Below, one piece after another: positions 1-8,947 of a stretch of 48,539 nucleotides of DNA. The notes beneath the pieces are model-generated. The model was not told the origin of the DNA. It saw only the letters and a program-made list of their open reading frames with translations, and searched no databases. Every line of letters starts with the position of its first letter. Position 1 is the first letter of the stretch. The translations under genes and the position numbers were made by a program. The DNA is from Prevotellaceae bacterium (lineage in GTDB: Bacteria; Bacteroidota; Bacteroidia; Bacteroidales; UBA932), in the NCBI GenBank assembly GCA_031277925.1, contig JAITLJ010000045.1:1-48539 (forward strand), read 5' to 3'.

Positions 1-132
1 TCATTTTAATTTTTAATTTACAGGTCATATACTTTTATTTAATGTTAACAAATTACATTGCAATTAATAGAAAATTGCACAGATTATTTATGATAAAATG
101 AAAATTATTCTGAAACAAAAGTAATATTGAAT

Positions 133-163
133 TTTGTATTAAACAAATTTTTTCATAACTTTG
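133..163 (+). promoter_or_regulatory. Bacteroidota-type promoter (TTTG-N19-TAACTTTG) upstream of the PHP phosphatase gene
   Basis: TTTG lies at 133-136, followed by a 19-nt spacer and TAACTTTG at 156-163. This matches the Bacteroides -33/-7 consensus TTTG...TAnnTTTG. The box is 26 nt upstream of the ATG at 189. Confidence 0.5.
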
Positions 164-188
164 TAGTAACATTATAATACGCTATATC

Positions 189-923
189 ATGAATAATCCA
201 TTTTCACGAAACAAAATAAACATCGACACCGAGATGCACTGTCATATATTGCCTGCTGTCGGTTGCGATCCTGAATTTACCAATCAGGCTTTGGATGTAC
301 TTATTATTTTTCAATCGTATGGAGTAAATACCGTATATGCAACGCCTCATGTACGATTGACTCGCCCTTCAAATACTCATGAGTCTATATTGAAACGTGC
401 CGAAGTTTTTAAAAAACAGATTGCAGAAAACAGAATAAAAATCAAACTTGAAGTTGTTGCTGAGTATTATGTAGACGAAGGCTTGAGCGGTTTAATCGAT
501 AATGAAAATCTTCTTACATATCCGCAGTCGCACGTACTTGTTGAATTACCTTTGCGCGCTATGCCCGATGATTTGGATGACATTATAAAAAAACTTTGTG
601 CAAAAGGATATAAACCAATTATTGCACATCCCGAATTGCATCATTATTTGCGCTACGACTGGAAAATGATTGCCGACTTGAAAGGGCAGGGCTGTCTGTT
701 TCAAATAAATTTGATAAACATGGCAGGCTGTTTTGGCGATGATGTTATTGTTGCCGCCGAAAATTTGCTTCGCTCAAAAACTTATGATCTGGTCGGAACC
801 GGAGCGCATTCACGCAAACAGTTGCAATTAATCAGCGAGCAGGTTTTGCAAAATAAAGATTATGTCAAACTGCTGCGGAACGCAAATTTCAAAAATAAAA
901 TGTTTTCACAAAAAGACAGTTAA
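189..923 (+). CDS. PHP-family (CpsB/CapC-like) protein-tyrosine phosphatase
   Basis: The 244-aa ORF has the N-terminal metal-binding motif EMHCHILP, then ATPHV and IAHPE motifs. This is the typical layout of CpsB/YwqE-type PHP phosphatases. The motif after HCHILP reads AVGCD rather than the usual GxDDG. Confidence 0.6.
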   Translation: MNNPFSRNKINIDTEMHCHILPAVGCDPEFTNQALDVLIIFQSYGVNTVYATPHVRLTRPSNTHESILKRAEVFKKQIAENRIKIKLEVVAEYYVDEGLSGLIDNENLLTYPQSHVLVELPLRAMPDDLDDIIKKLCAKGYKPIIAHPELHHYLRYDWKMIADLKGQGCLFQINLINMAGCFGDDVIVAAENLLRSKTYDLVGTGAHSRKQLQLISEQVLQNKDYVKLLRNANFKNKMFSQKDS

Positions 924-944
924 AATGCAACAGACAGTTTATTT

Positions 945-1166
945 AGTCGCTCCTTAAAAAGAGCAGAAGCGGTTTATTATTAATAAATTATAGACATAAA
1001 TTATTGAATAAAAATACCGAGTTTTATATAGATGCAGACAAAATTCGACAAAATATGAACTTTTTTCTTTATCTTCTTTTGTGTCAAGACAAATTAATAG
1101 AAAGAAATAATTGTCTGAAATTTTTAATGTATTAGCATTGGCTTTTTTTATTCGTAAGGAACGACT
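945..1166 (+). repeat. MITE-like intergenic repeat, family A, copy 1
   Basis: The termini are imperfect inverted repeats: AGTCGCTCCTTA at 945-956 and TAAGGAACGACT at 1155-1166. The body aligns along its full length with 4056-4266 (same orientation) and 44657-44867 (inverted). The only ORF here is the spurious 954..1271 ORF. Confidence 0.65.
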
Positions 1167-1230
1167 ATTTATAATTGAACCATACCGAACGGTTAGATTT
1201 TGATAACAGGTTGTTTTTGTATATAATGTC

Positions 1231-1306
1231 GGGTGAAAGATGGGACTCGAACCCACGACCCTCGGAACCACAATCCGATGCTCTAACCTGCTGAGCTACG
1301 TTCACC
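1231..1306 (-). tRNA. tRNA-His (anticodon GTG)
   Basis: The reverse complement reads GGTGAACGTAGCTCAGCAGGTTAGAGCATCGGATTGTGGTTCCGAGGGTCGTGGGTTCGAGTCCCATCTTTCACCC. The anticodon arm is TCGGA-TTGTGGT-TCCGA with GTG in the loop. A T-loop GGTTCGAGTCC is present, and the extra 5' G (G-1) typical of tRNA-His is encoded. Confidence 0.9.
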
Positions 1307-1323
1307 ATGTTTGAAATTGGTTG

Positions 1324-1353
1324 CAAAAGTAATAAAAATTTGAACAGTACAAA
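1324..1353 (-). promoter_or_regulatory. Promoter of tRNA-His (TTTG-N18-TACTTTTG)
   Basis: On the minus strand, TTTG (1350-1353) is followed by an 18-nt spacer and TACTTTTG (1324-1331). The -7 box lies 17 nt upstream of the tRNA 5' end. Confidence 0.45.
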
Positions 1354-1425
1354 AAAAAATTGAATTTTTATGTTTTTTTAAAACTGATAAAATATATTTA
1401 ATTGCAGATTAAAATGGTTTTATAT

Positions 1426-2094
1426 TCAATTTAAAATCGCTTTATTTAGCCAGTCATTAAAAGGTTTTGTCAATTTAAGTATTTGGGCGGCTTTTTCAAC
1501 ATAATTGCTGCTGCATATTTCATTATCCGAAAAAGAGCGAAATACATAAAAATGCTTTAATTTGAGATAATCGCCGGCAGGCGAATTTTTATCAAAACCG
1601 GCAGGTATGCGGCTCAAACAGTCTTCGTCTCTGCAAAGAGTTCCGAATTGTTGTTTGAACGTTTTGTTTTCAACTGTTTTTGAAAATACCTCAAAGTCTT
1701 CGTAAATTGCTAAACGTATGGTTTTAAGAATTTCGGCATCGGGCATGTAAACTCCGCACGACACAAAACTGCTGTTTGGTTCAACATGCATGTAATATGA
1801 TGACAGATGACATTTTTTTGTGCCATCAGGACTGAAAACTACGCCCATATTTGTTTTGTAAGGTTCTTTGTATTTTGCAAAACGCGTATCGCGATAAATG
1901 CGGAACATACATTTTTTGGGGTCGTCAAAAATTATATTTGAATCGAACCTGCTGATTTCAGCATATAATTTTTTACTTGTATCGAGTATATTACTGCGTG
2001 CAGATTCGTACCTGTCCTTATTGTCGTTGAACCATTCACGGTAATTGTTTTTGCTTAATTCCGACAAAAATTTCAATGTTGATTTTTCTATCAT
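1426..2094 (-). CDS. DUF2461 (TIGR02453) family protein
   Basis: The 222-aa ORF begins LKFLSELSKNNYREWFNDNKDRYE and contains the FRIYRDTRF motif. Both are characteristic of the DUF2461 family. A TACATTTG -7 box lies on the minus strand at 2129-2136. Confidence 0.8.
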   Translation of the reverse strand: MIEKSTLKFLSELSKNNYREWFNDNKDRYESARSNILDTSKKLYAEISRFDSNIIFDDPKKCMFRIYRDTRFAKYKEPYKTNMGVVFSPDGTKKCHLSSYYMHVEPNSSFVSCGVYMPDAEILKTIRLAIYEDFEVFSKTVENKTFKQQFGTLCRDEDCLSRIPAGFDKNSPAGDYLKLKHFYVFRSFSDNEICSSNYVEKAAQILKLTKPFNDWLNKAILN

Positions 2095-2145
2095 ATTATT
2101 AATTTATTTATCGTTTTATAAATATTTGCAAATGTAGTAAAAATT

Positions 2146-3120
2146 TTATCCCCAGCGCTCGTTTATAAAATTAAGCAGTTCGATAATTTTTTCAGGTTCG
2201 TTTGTAGTTACGAGTTTAAGTCTTGTTTCTTTGAAATCGGGTAAACCTTTGAAATAGCAACTCAAATGTCTGCGCATTTCGAGCACGCCTGTACGTTCTC
2301 CTTTTATTTCGATGGATTTTTTTAAATGTATTTTTGCAATTTCAACACGTTCTGCAACGTCAGGTTCAGCAAGTAATTCTCCTGTTTCGATATAGTGTTT
2401 TATATTTCTGAATATCCACGGTTGTCCAAAAGTAGCGCGACCAATCATAATTGCATCTACTTTATAATCGTCGAACATTTTTTTTGCTTTTTGCGGGCTG
2501 TCGATATCGCCGTTACCGATAACGGGAATATGTATTCTTTGATTTTTTTTAACTTCGCCTATAAGCGTCCAGTCGGCTTCGCCTTTGTAAAGTTGTGAAC
2601 GTGTGCGTCCGTGAATTGTTATTGCCGAAATACCTGCATCCTGTAAACGTTCTGCAAGTTCTACAATTATTTTGCTGTTTTCGTCCCATCCTAACCGCGT
2701 TTTCACCGTTACCGGAATTTTAACAGAATCTACAATACTTCGAGTCATTTCAACCATCTTATCGGGGAAAAGCATCATTCCTGAGCCGGCTCCGCGTGTT
2801 GCAATTTTACGTACAGGACAGCCAAAATTAATATCTATCAAATCGGGTTTGGCCTGTTCTGCAAGTTTGGCGGCTTCTGTCATCGATGAAATTTCGTGTC
2901 CGTAAATTTGTATTCCTATTGGGCGCTCGTAATCAAAGATGTCAAGTTTTGCCATCGATTTTGAAGCGTCGCGAATAAGCCCGTCGGCAGCAATAAATTC
3001 GGTGTACATCATATCTGCGCCAAAATGTTTGCAAATATACCGAAACGAAGGATCTGTAACATCTTCCATTGGAGCCAGAAAAACAGGCCGTTCGCATAGT
3101 TTTATGTTTGATATTTTCAT
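2146..3120 (-). CDS. dusB: tRNA-dihydrouridine synthase
   Basis: The 324-aa ORF has LAPMEDVTDPSFR, DINFGCP and TIHGRTR motifs. These are typical of Dus-family FMN enzymes. Confidence 0.9.
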   Translation of the reverse strand: MKISNIKLCERPVFLAPMEDVTDPSFRYICKHFGADMMYTEFIAADGLIRDASKSMAKLDIFDYERPIGIQIYGHEISSMTEAAKLAEQAKPDLIDINFGCPVRKIATRGAGSGMMLFPDKMVEMTRSIVDSVKIPVTVKTRLGWDENSKIIVELAERLQDAGISAITIHGRTRSQLYKGEADWTLIGEVKKNQRIHIPVIGNGDIDSPQKAKKMFDDYKVDAIMIGRATFGQPWIFRNIKHYIETGELLAEPDVAERVEIAKIHLKKSIEIKGERTGVLEMRRHLSCYFKGLPDFKETRLKLVTTNEPEKIIELLNFINERWG

Positions 3121-3143
3121 AATATACGTGAAATTTTACCGCA

Positions 3144-3197
3144 CAAAGTTAATGAATGTTTTAAAACACGATTTTTAGTATATAATTTGTAATTTTG
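3144..3197. promoter_or_regulatory. Divergent -7 promoter boxes for dusB (minus) and the 3221 ORF (plus)
   Basis: The reverse complement of 3144-3151 is TAACTTTG, about 24 nt upstream of the dusB start. TAATTTTG lies on the plus strand at 3190-3197, 24 nt upstream of the ATG at 3221. Confidence 0.4.
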
Positions 3198-3220
3198 TCG
3201 AATAAATAAAAACAAAAACA

Positions 3221-3943
3221 ATGAAAAAAATTTTTATTATTTCCGTATTGATGTTTTCGTTTATAACGTTAGCATCAGCGCAACAATCAACAGCAGGAAT
3301 ATCGGTAAAATATGCTTTATCCGATTTACAGGGTAAGAAAATGGCAAATTCAAACTATGATGATTACATGATGTACGCAACAGGGCGCTATCAGGTTTTT
3401 ATCAATTCAGAATTACAAAAAGTTGCCATAGTAAACATAACAAACAAAAAGGAAGTTTTGGCTTGGGGAGCAGGAGAGGCTAACGAATATACAAAATACG
3501 AGCCTCATTTCTTTATTCCTGATTTCAAAAATTTTCCTGTAGTATTAATGCTCGAAGAAGTAATTGACGGTTCGAGTAATGGACAGCACATTATTTTGAT
3601 GGACAAAGGTCAAGGTTTTTATTGCGGATTTATTAACCTTGCGGCAGACAAAGGCGAAGGCGCATCTATAACAAAATATGTGCAAATTGGCATGAAAGCA
3701 GGACTTATAACATTTACGTTTATGCCCGATGCCAATATATTCAGTTGGGAAAATTACGAAATTTATAAAGGCAAAGAAATTTCATTTGAAATTGATACAC
3801 AAAATGCAAAAAACGGATTGAAGGCTACTCAATCTTCTGCATACAAATTAACGGAAAATAAAGGAAATTATCCAGCGCCAGAAGAAAAACTTGATAATAA
3901 AACAAACGAGAAACAGCCTCAAAAAGAAGAATACAGCTGGTAG
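3221..3943 (+). CDS. Hypothetical secreted protein (signal peptide)
   Basis: The 240-aa ORF has the N-terminal signal peptide MKKIFIISVLMFSFITLASAQQ. I recognised no family motif. The tail is low-complexity and rich in Lys/Glu/Gln. Confidence 0.55.
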   Translation: MKKIFIISVLMFSFITLASAQQSTAGISVKYALSDLQGKKMANSNYDDYMMYATGRYQVFINSELQKVAIVNITNKKEVLAWGAGEANEYTKYEPHFFIPDFKNFPVVLMLEEVIDGSSNGQHIILMDKGQGFYCGFINLAADKGEGASITKYVQIGMKAGLITFTFMPDANIFSWENYEIYKGKEISFEIDTQNAKNGLKATQSSAYKLTENKGNYPAPEEKLDNKTNEKQPQKEEYSW

Positions 3944-3966
3944 ATTTGATTTTACAGTGTAATTGT

Positions 3967-4000
3967 AAAGACATTTGGAATATTCCTGATGTCTTTTTTT
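3967..4000 (+). terminator. Rho-independent terminator of the 3221-3943 gene
   Basis: An 8-bp stem AAAGACAT / ATGTCTTT encloses a 14-nt loop and is followed by a T-run ending at 4000. Confidence 0.5.
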
Positions 4001-4020
4001 ACAGCATGTTCAGTATAAAT

Positions 4021-4266
4021 AATCGCTCCTTAAAAAGTGTTGCACATATTTATATAGTCATTCCTTAATAAATATTGAAACCATTCATTATTAATAAAAT
4101 ATAGGTATAAATTATCGAATAAAAATACCGAGTTTTATACAGATACAGGCAAAAATTCGGCAAAATACGAACAATTTTTTCTTTTATCTTGACACAAAAG
4201 TAAGAAAAAGAAATATATGACAGGAAATTTTAATGTCTTATCGTTTTTTTATTCGTACGGAATACT
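4021..4266 (+). repeat. MITE-like repeat family A, copy 2 (full copy 4056-4266 preceded by a solo left-end fragment 4021-4055)
   Basis: Positions 4056-4266 align with copy 1, with termini AGTCATTCCTTA ... TACGGAATACT. Positions 4021-4037 (AATCGCTCCTTAAAAAG) repeat the left end of copy 1. The element ends 2 nt from the mtaB stop codon. Confidence 0.6.
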
Positions 4267-4268
4267 AA

Positions 4269-5567
4269 TTAAATCAATCTTCCTGTAGCATTGCCATTTT
4301 CGGCAAGTCCTGTAATTTCAACTTTCATAATCTTTCCTGCTAATTCTTTTTGATAAGGAATTTCAACTTTTATGTAGTTTTCCGAAAATCCGCACATCAT
4401 TTCGCCATGCCGGGCGCTTTCGAATAAAACATTTACTTTTTTAGATATGCTGCGTCTATAAAATTCAGAATGAAACCTTTCGCATAAAATTTTCAATTTG
4501 CAGGCACGTTCGGTTTTTATATTGTTTGCTACTTTTCCTTTCATTGTTGAAGTTACAGTGTTAGCTCTGTCCGAATACGGAAAAATATGCAGAAAAGCGG
4601 GATTTATTTCTTGCAAAAAATTGTATGTAATATTAAAATCTTCATCGGTTTCGGTTGGAAATCCGACAATTACATCAATTCCTGTGAAAGCCTCGGGCAT
4701 AAGTCTGAAAATATGATTTATGCGTTGCGCAAAAAGTTTTGTGCTGTATCGGCGCTGCATCAATGCAAGAATCCTGTCGCATCCCGATTGCAGAGGTATA
4801 TGAAAATGAGGCAAAAATTTTGTTGAAACTCTAACGAAATCAATAATTTCATCGGTCAGCAGATTCGGTTCTATCGATGATATTCGGTAGCGTTCAATGC
4901 CTTCAACGGTTTCTAAATTTTTCAATAAATTCAAAAAAGTTTCTCCTGTTGTTTTTCCAAAATCGCCTGTATTTACTCCCGTAATAATGATTTCTTTCAC
5001 ACCTGAATTTGCAATAATTTCGGCTTCGTTGCAAATTTCTTCTATCGAAATATTTCTGCTTTTTCCGCGTGCCATTGGAATAGTACAGTAAGCGCAATTA
5101 TAATCGCAGCCATCTTGAACTTTGAGGAATGAACGCGTGCGGTCGCCGATTGAGAAAGCCTTGAAAAAACTTTTTGTTTCGTTTATTTCGCAAGAAAAAA
5201 TTTTTGCCTTTCGCTTCTCGTTTATTGAATTTACATATTCAAAAATATTTCCTTTCCTGTCGGCGCCGACAACAATATCAACACCTTCGACTGCTGCTAA
5301 TTCTTCTGGTTTTAACTGTGCGTAACATCCTGTTGCAACGATGATTGCGTTAGGCGCCTGTTTCGTAATCTTACGCAATATCTGTCGGCATTTTTTGTCG
5401 GCATTTTCGGTTACCGAACAAGTATTTACAACATACACGTCTGCAATTTGGTCGGGCGGTACGCGTATAAAATCATTTTCGAGAAACTTGCGAGCAAGAG
5501 TAGATGTTTCCGAAAAATTGAGTTTACAACCAAGAGTACAAAATGCTATTTTACGTTTTTCGTTCAT
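4269..5567 (-). CDS. mtaB: tRNA methylthiotransferase, MiaB-like (MtaB type), radical SAM
   Basis: The N-terminal domain carries FCTLGCKLNF...VNTCSVT, followed by the radical-SAM cluster motif CDYNCAYC and a C-terminal TRAM-like region. I prefer the ATG at 5567 (MNEKRKIAF) over the upstream TTG at 5591 used by the ORF track. Confidence 0.85.
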   Translation of the reverse strand: MNEKRKIAFCTLGCKLNFSETSTLARKFLENDFIRVPPDQIADVYVVNTCSVTENADKKCRQILRKITKQAPNAIIVATGCYAQLKPEELAAVEGVDIVVGADRKGNIFEYVNSINEKRKAKIFSCEINETKSFFKAFSIGDRTRSFLKVQDGCDYNCAYCTIPMARGKSRNISIEEICNEAEIIANSGVKEIIITGVNTGDFGKTTGETFLNLLKNLETVEGIERYRISSIEPNLLTDEIIDFVRVSTKFLPHFHIPLQSGCDRILALMQRRYSTKLFAQRINHIFRLMPEAFTGIDVIVGFPTETDEDFNITYNFLQEINPAFLHIFPYSDRANTVTSTMKGKVANNIKTERACKLKILCERFHSEFYRRSISKKVNVLFESARHGEMMCGFSENYIKVEIPYQKELAGKIMKVEITGLAENGNATGRLI

Positions 5568-5762
5568 AATAATCGGCGCAAAAATAATCAAATTTTATGA
5601 TTTTATTTTAATGAAAGCAGTTTAATTCAGTAAATACAGTTTAAGATATTATAAATGTAAATTGTTTAATTTCAAGCGAATGATAATTAATTTATATATA
5701 ATTGTATTTTTTCAGTTTCAAGAAAAATGCAGTGAACTAATTTTCAGCCCATTATTTTTTTG

Positions 5763-5835
5763 TCGGGGTGAGATGACTCGAACATCCGACCTCTACGTCC
5801 CGAACGTAGCGCGCTACCAACTGTGCTACACCCCG
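5763..5835 (-). tRNA. tRNA-Pro (anticodon CGG)
   Basis: The reverse complement reads CGGGGTGTAGCACAGTTGGTAGCGCGCTACGTTCGGGACGTAGAGGTCGGATGTTCGAGTCATCTCACCCCGA. The acceptor stem is CGGGGTG/CACCCCG. The anticodon arm is CTACG-TTCGGGA-CGTAG, and the T-loop is GTTCGAGTC. Confidence 0.9.
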
Positions 5836-5846
5836 ATTTCGGGCAG

Positions 5847-5854
5847 CAAAAGTA
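5847..5854 (-). promoter_or_regulatory. -7 promoter box (TACTTTTG) of tRNA-Pro
   Basis: The minus strand reads TACTTTTG 11 nt upstream of the tRNA 5' end. The octamer is identical to the one upstream of tRNA-His. Confidence 0.4.
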
Positions 5855-5924
5855 TAAAAAAAATTGTGAACAGATATCATAAATATAAAAAAAACACTAA
5901 ATTTGTATTTCAATCAATAAATTA

Positions 5925-7193
5925 ATGAAAGAAGATTTTCTACAATTTATATGGCGATTTGGTTTGTTTAATAAAGATTCGGCAACAACAACCGACAACC
6001 AAAATATTACTGTCCTCAATCTCGGAATTATCAACAATGATGCAGGACCTGATTTTTTCAATGCAAAAATAAAAATCGACGAAATAATTTGGGTGGGAAA
6101 TATAGAAATTCATATAAACGCATCCGACTGGAATCGACACAAACATAATGCTGACAAATCGTATGACAATGTTATTCTGCATGTTGTAAAAAATGCCGAT
6201 TGTGATATTTTTCGCAGCGATGGAAGCAAAATTCCAACTTTAAAAATCCAATATGATTTGCAGCTGGAAAAACGTTACAACGAATTATTGACATCCACAA
6301 CATGGATTGCCTGCCAAAATTACATCGGAAATGTAGAAAGGTTCAAAATGAAATATTTTCTCAATCGAATGATGGTCGAACGGCTGGAACAACGCTCGGC
6401 GCATATAAGCAAAATTTTGTCGGATACAAAAAACGATTTTAAAGAAGTGTTTTATCGCCTGCTTTTTCGCTCGTTTGGGTTCGGTACAAATACTTTGCCA
6501 TTTGAACTTTTAGCTCAGTCAACTCCGATTGCGGCAATCAATAAACATCGTAATTCAATTCTGCAAATTGAAGCATTGCTTTTCGGACAGGCCGGATTTC
6601 TAAACGAACAACCGCTTGACGATTATCAATCACAATTGCAAAAAGAATATAAATTTTTACAAAATAAGTTCAACCTTAAACCTGTCGAAAAACATCTTTG
6701 GAAATTTATGCGATTACGCCCTACGAACTTTCCGACAATTCGCATCGCTCAATTAGCAAAACTTTTAACACAGACAGATGGATTGCTTGCAAAAATCATA
6801 ACATTTGAAAAACAGGATGAATTAAACGTCTTTTTTGAATTAAATGCATCAGAATATTGGGACACACATTATAATTTCGGAAAGAAAACAGATAAACACA
6901 TAAAATCGTTCGGTAAGAAATCGGCGGAAAAAATTATTATAAACCTTATTGTGCCTTATCTTTTTGCATATGGAAAAGCAAAAGGAGAAGAAAAATTTTC
7001 GGAGAAAGCATTTGATTTGCTCGAAATGATTTCACCTGAAAAAAACAATATAGTGTCAGGATGGGAAAATATGGGAATTAAAGTTGACAATGCCTTTTAT
7101 TCGCAGGCGCTTATTCAATTGAAAACTGTATATTGCAACAATAAACAGTGCTTGAAATGTGCAATAGGACAAAATATTATAGATAAAAATTAA
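5925..7193 (+). CDS. DUF2851 family protein
   Basis: The 422-aa ORF has the N-terminus EDFLQFIWRF...NNDAGPDFFNAKIKID...GNIEIHINASDWNRHKHNADKSYDNVILHVV, characteristic of DUF2851. A TAAATTTG -7 box lies at 5898-5905. Confidence 0.8.
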   Translation: MKEDFLQFIWRFGLFNKDSATTTDNQNITVLNLGIINNDAGPDFFNAKIKIDEIIWVGNIEIHINASDWNRHKHNADKSYDNVILHVVKNADCDIFRSDGSKIPTLKIQYDLQLEKRYNELLTSTTWIACQNYIGNVERFKMKYFLNRMMVERLEQRSAHISKILSDTKNDFKEVFYRLLFRSFGFGTNTLPFELLAQSTPIAAINKHRNSILQIEALLFGQAGFLNEQPLDDYQSQLQKEYKFLQNKFNLKPVEKHLWKFMRLRPTNFPTIRIAQLAKLLTQTDGLLAKIITFEKQDELNVFFELNASEYWDTHYNFGKKTDKHIKSFGKKSAEKIIINLIVPYLFAYGKAKGEEKFSEKAFDLLEMISPEKNNIVSGWENMGIKVDNAFYSQALIQLKTVYCNNKQCLKCAIGQNIIDKN

Positions 7194-7206
7194 AAATTAA
7201 TAAAAC

Positions 7207-8841
7207 ATGAAAAAAATAATTCTATCAGTAATTTTAATTTCAACAATTACATTAAATATCAGCAGTCAATGCGATGATAAAGAATTTTACGGAAGCTGTA
7301 CAAGTATTATGGTCGGCAAAAAAGCAAGCGCCGATGGTTCAGTTATTACAAGTCATACATGCGATGGTCGTTATCGTACATGGATGGATATCGTTCCTGC
7401 TCAAAAGCATAAAAAAGGAGATGTTACCAAAATATTAAAAGGCACATTGTTCACTGAAAGCATGGACGAAATTACACAACTGCAACTTGCAGAAAATGAA
7501 CGACAAATAAATAATGCCGATTTTGAAGTTTCATTGGAAATAAAAGGTGAAATTCCCGAAGCGGAAGAAACATTTGCCTTTCTTTATACGGCATATCCGT
7601 GTATGAACGAAAAAAATCTGGCAATAGGCGAAACCACTATTGAAGGACGTAAAGAACTTGAAAATGATAAAGGAATGTTTTATATCGAAGAACTTCAACG
7701 CATTGTTTTACAACGTTGTACAACTGCGCGTCAAGCGATTCAACTTATGGGACAACTTGTAAAACAGTATGGATATGCAGATACCGGCGAATGTCTTACT
7801 ATTGCCGACAAAAACGAAGTTTGGCATTTTGAAATTTTTGGCGAAGGCAAAGATAAAACAGGCGGAGTTTGGGCAGCCCGGCGTATTCCTGACGACCATG
7901 TTGGAGTATCGGCAAATATTCCCCGCATTGCAGAAATAAATCCAAATGACAAAGATAATTTTATGGTATCGGATAATGTATTTGAAGTTGCAAAAAAACT
8001 AAACTTTTGGGACGGAAAATCAACTTTCAAATTCTGGAAAGCATACAGCGGCAAAAAACCTTTTTCGATACGCGAATGGTTTGTTCTGAGTTCTGTGGCT
8101 CCATCATTGAAATTATCTTTACAGGATGAAGAATTGCCTTTTTCGGTAAAACCGGAGAAGCCTGTATCGGTACGCGATGTGCTTAAATTTTTTCGCTCGA
8201 CATACGAAGGTACAGAATTTGACATGACAAAAAACCTGTTGGTAAAACGTAAAAAACCGAATAGCGAAGAAACAGAACTCGTGAAAAGCGATTATGCCAA
8301 TCCATGGATGTCGCCACAAATGATTGCAAGTTTAAACGCAATAAAAGACAGCGCTGTTGTTAGAGTCCGCAATATTGCCGTTCCTCAATGTTCTTATGCT
8401 CACGTTATTCAGATACGCAACGACTTGCCCGACGAAATTGCCTGCGTTGCCTATTTTGCAAACGACAATCCTGCACAAAGTCCGCGTTTTCCTGTTTATG
8501 CAAATATTCTGCAAACGCCGAAATTATTTCAACTTTCTGGGCACAAACGTTTTACCGTAGATGCTGCGGCATGGATATACAGGCAGGCAAATAAACTGGC
8601 TACAATTCGCTGGCAGGAATCGCGCAAAAAACTCGAGAAAATAAGAGCCGATTTTGAAGATAAAATGTTTGAAGAACAAAACAAAATTGACAACAACTCA
8701 ATGAAAATATTGAAAGAACACGGCAAACATGCTTTTCAAAAATATTTGGCAGAATATCTAAATTCGTTTTCGAACGAAACGCTCGATGCATGGAATAAAC
8801 TGCGAGACGAATTGTGGTACACGTTCATTAGAGGATTATAA
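7207..8841 (+). CDS. Peptidase family C69 dipeptidase (secreted)
   Basis: A signal peptide is followed by the Ntn-type nucleophile context GSCTSIMVGKKASADGSVITSHTCDG. The length (544 aa) and overall pattern fit C69 dipeptidases. Confidence 0.8.
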   Translation: MKKIILSVILISTITLNISSQCDDKEFYGSCTSIMVGKKASADGSVITSHTCDGRYRTWMDIVPAQKHKKGDVTKILKGTLFTESMDEITQLQLAENERQINNADFEVSLEIKGEIPEAEETFAFLYTAYPCMNEKNLAIGETTIEGRKELENDKGMFYIEELQRIVLQRCTTARQAIQLMGQLVKQYGYADTGECLTIADKNEVWHFEIFGEGKDKTGGVWAARRIPDDHVGVSANIPRIAEINPNDKDNFMVSDNVFEVAKKLNFWDGKSTFKFWKAYSGKKPFSIREWFVLSSVAPSLKLSLQDEELPFSVKPEKPVSVRDVLKFFRSTYEGTEFDMTKNLLVKRKKPNSEETELVKSDYANPWMSPQMIASLNAIKDSAVVRVRNIAVPQCSYAHVIQIRNDLPDEIACVAYFANDNPAQSPRFPVYANILQTPKLFQLSGHKRFTVDAAAWIYRQANKLATIRWQESRKKLEKIRADFEDKMFEEQNKIDNNSMKILKEHGKHAFQKYLAEYLNSFSNETLDAWNKLRDELWYTFIRGL

Positions 8842-8947
8842 TTAGCATAATATCAATATTTAATTAAATAGAAGAGAATAAAAGGTAGAATTTTTACGTT
8901 TCCCGTCAAATTTTAACATCAGTAACACGAATTACAAAATAATATTG

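Noticed and set aside
954-1271. 105-aa ORF on the minus strand
   Set aside because: It runs through the family-A repeat and overlaps tRNA-His. The repeat's other copies do not keep the frame open, so I treat it as non-coding.
5662-5925. 87-aa ORF on the plus strand
   Set aside because: It is antisense to tRNA-Pro and its promoter, and it has a low-complexity AT-rich N-terminus. I treat it as spurious.
7740-8225. 161-aa antisense ORF inside the C69 dipeptidase gene. Similar shadow ORFs lie at 15189-15635, 19513-19995, 26768-27220, 46263-46823 and 14363-14623.
   Set aside because: Each lies fully inside a gene with strong family motifs on the opposite strand. Their translations are low-complexity and rich in Ser/Phe/Ile, with no motifs. 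These are typical shadow ORFs.
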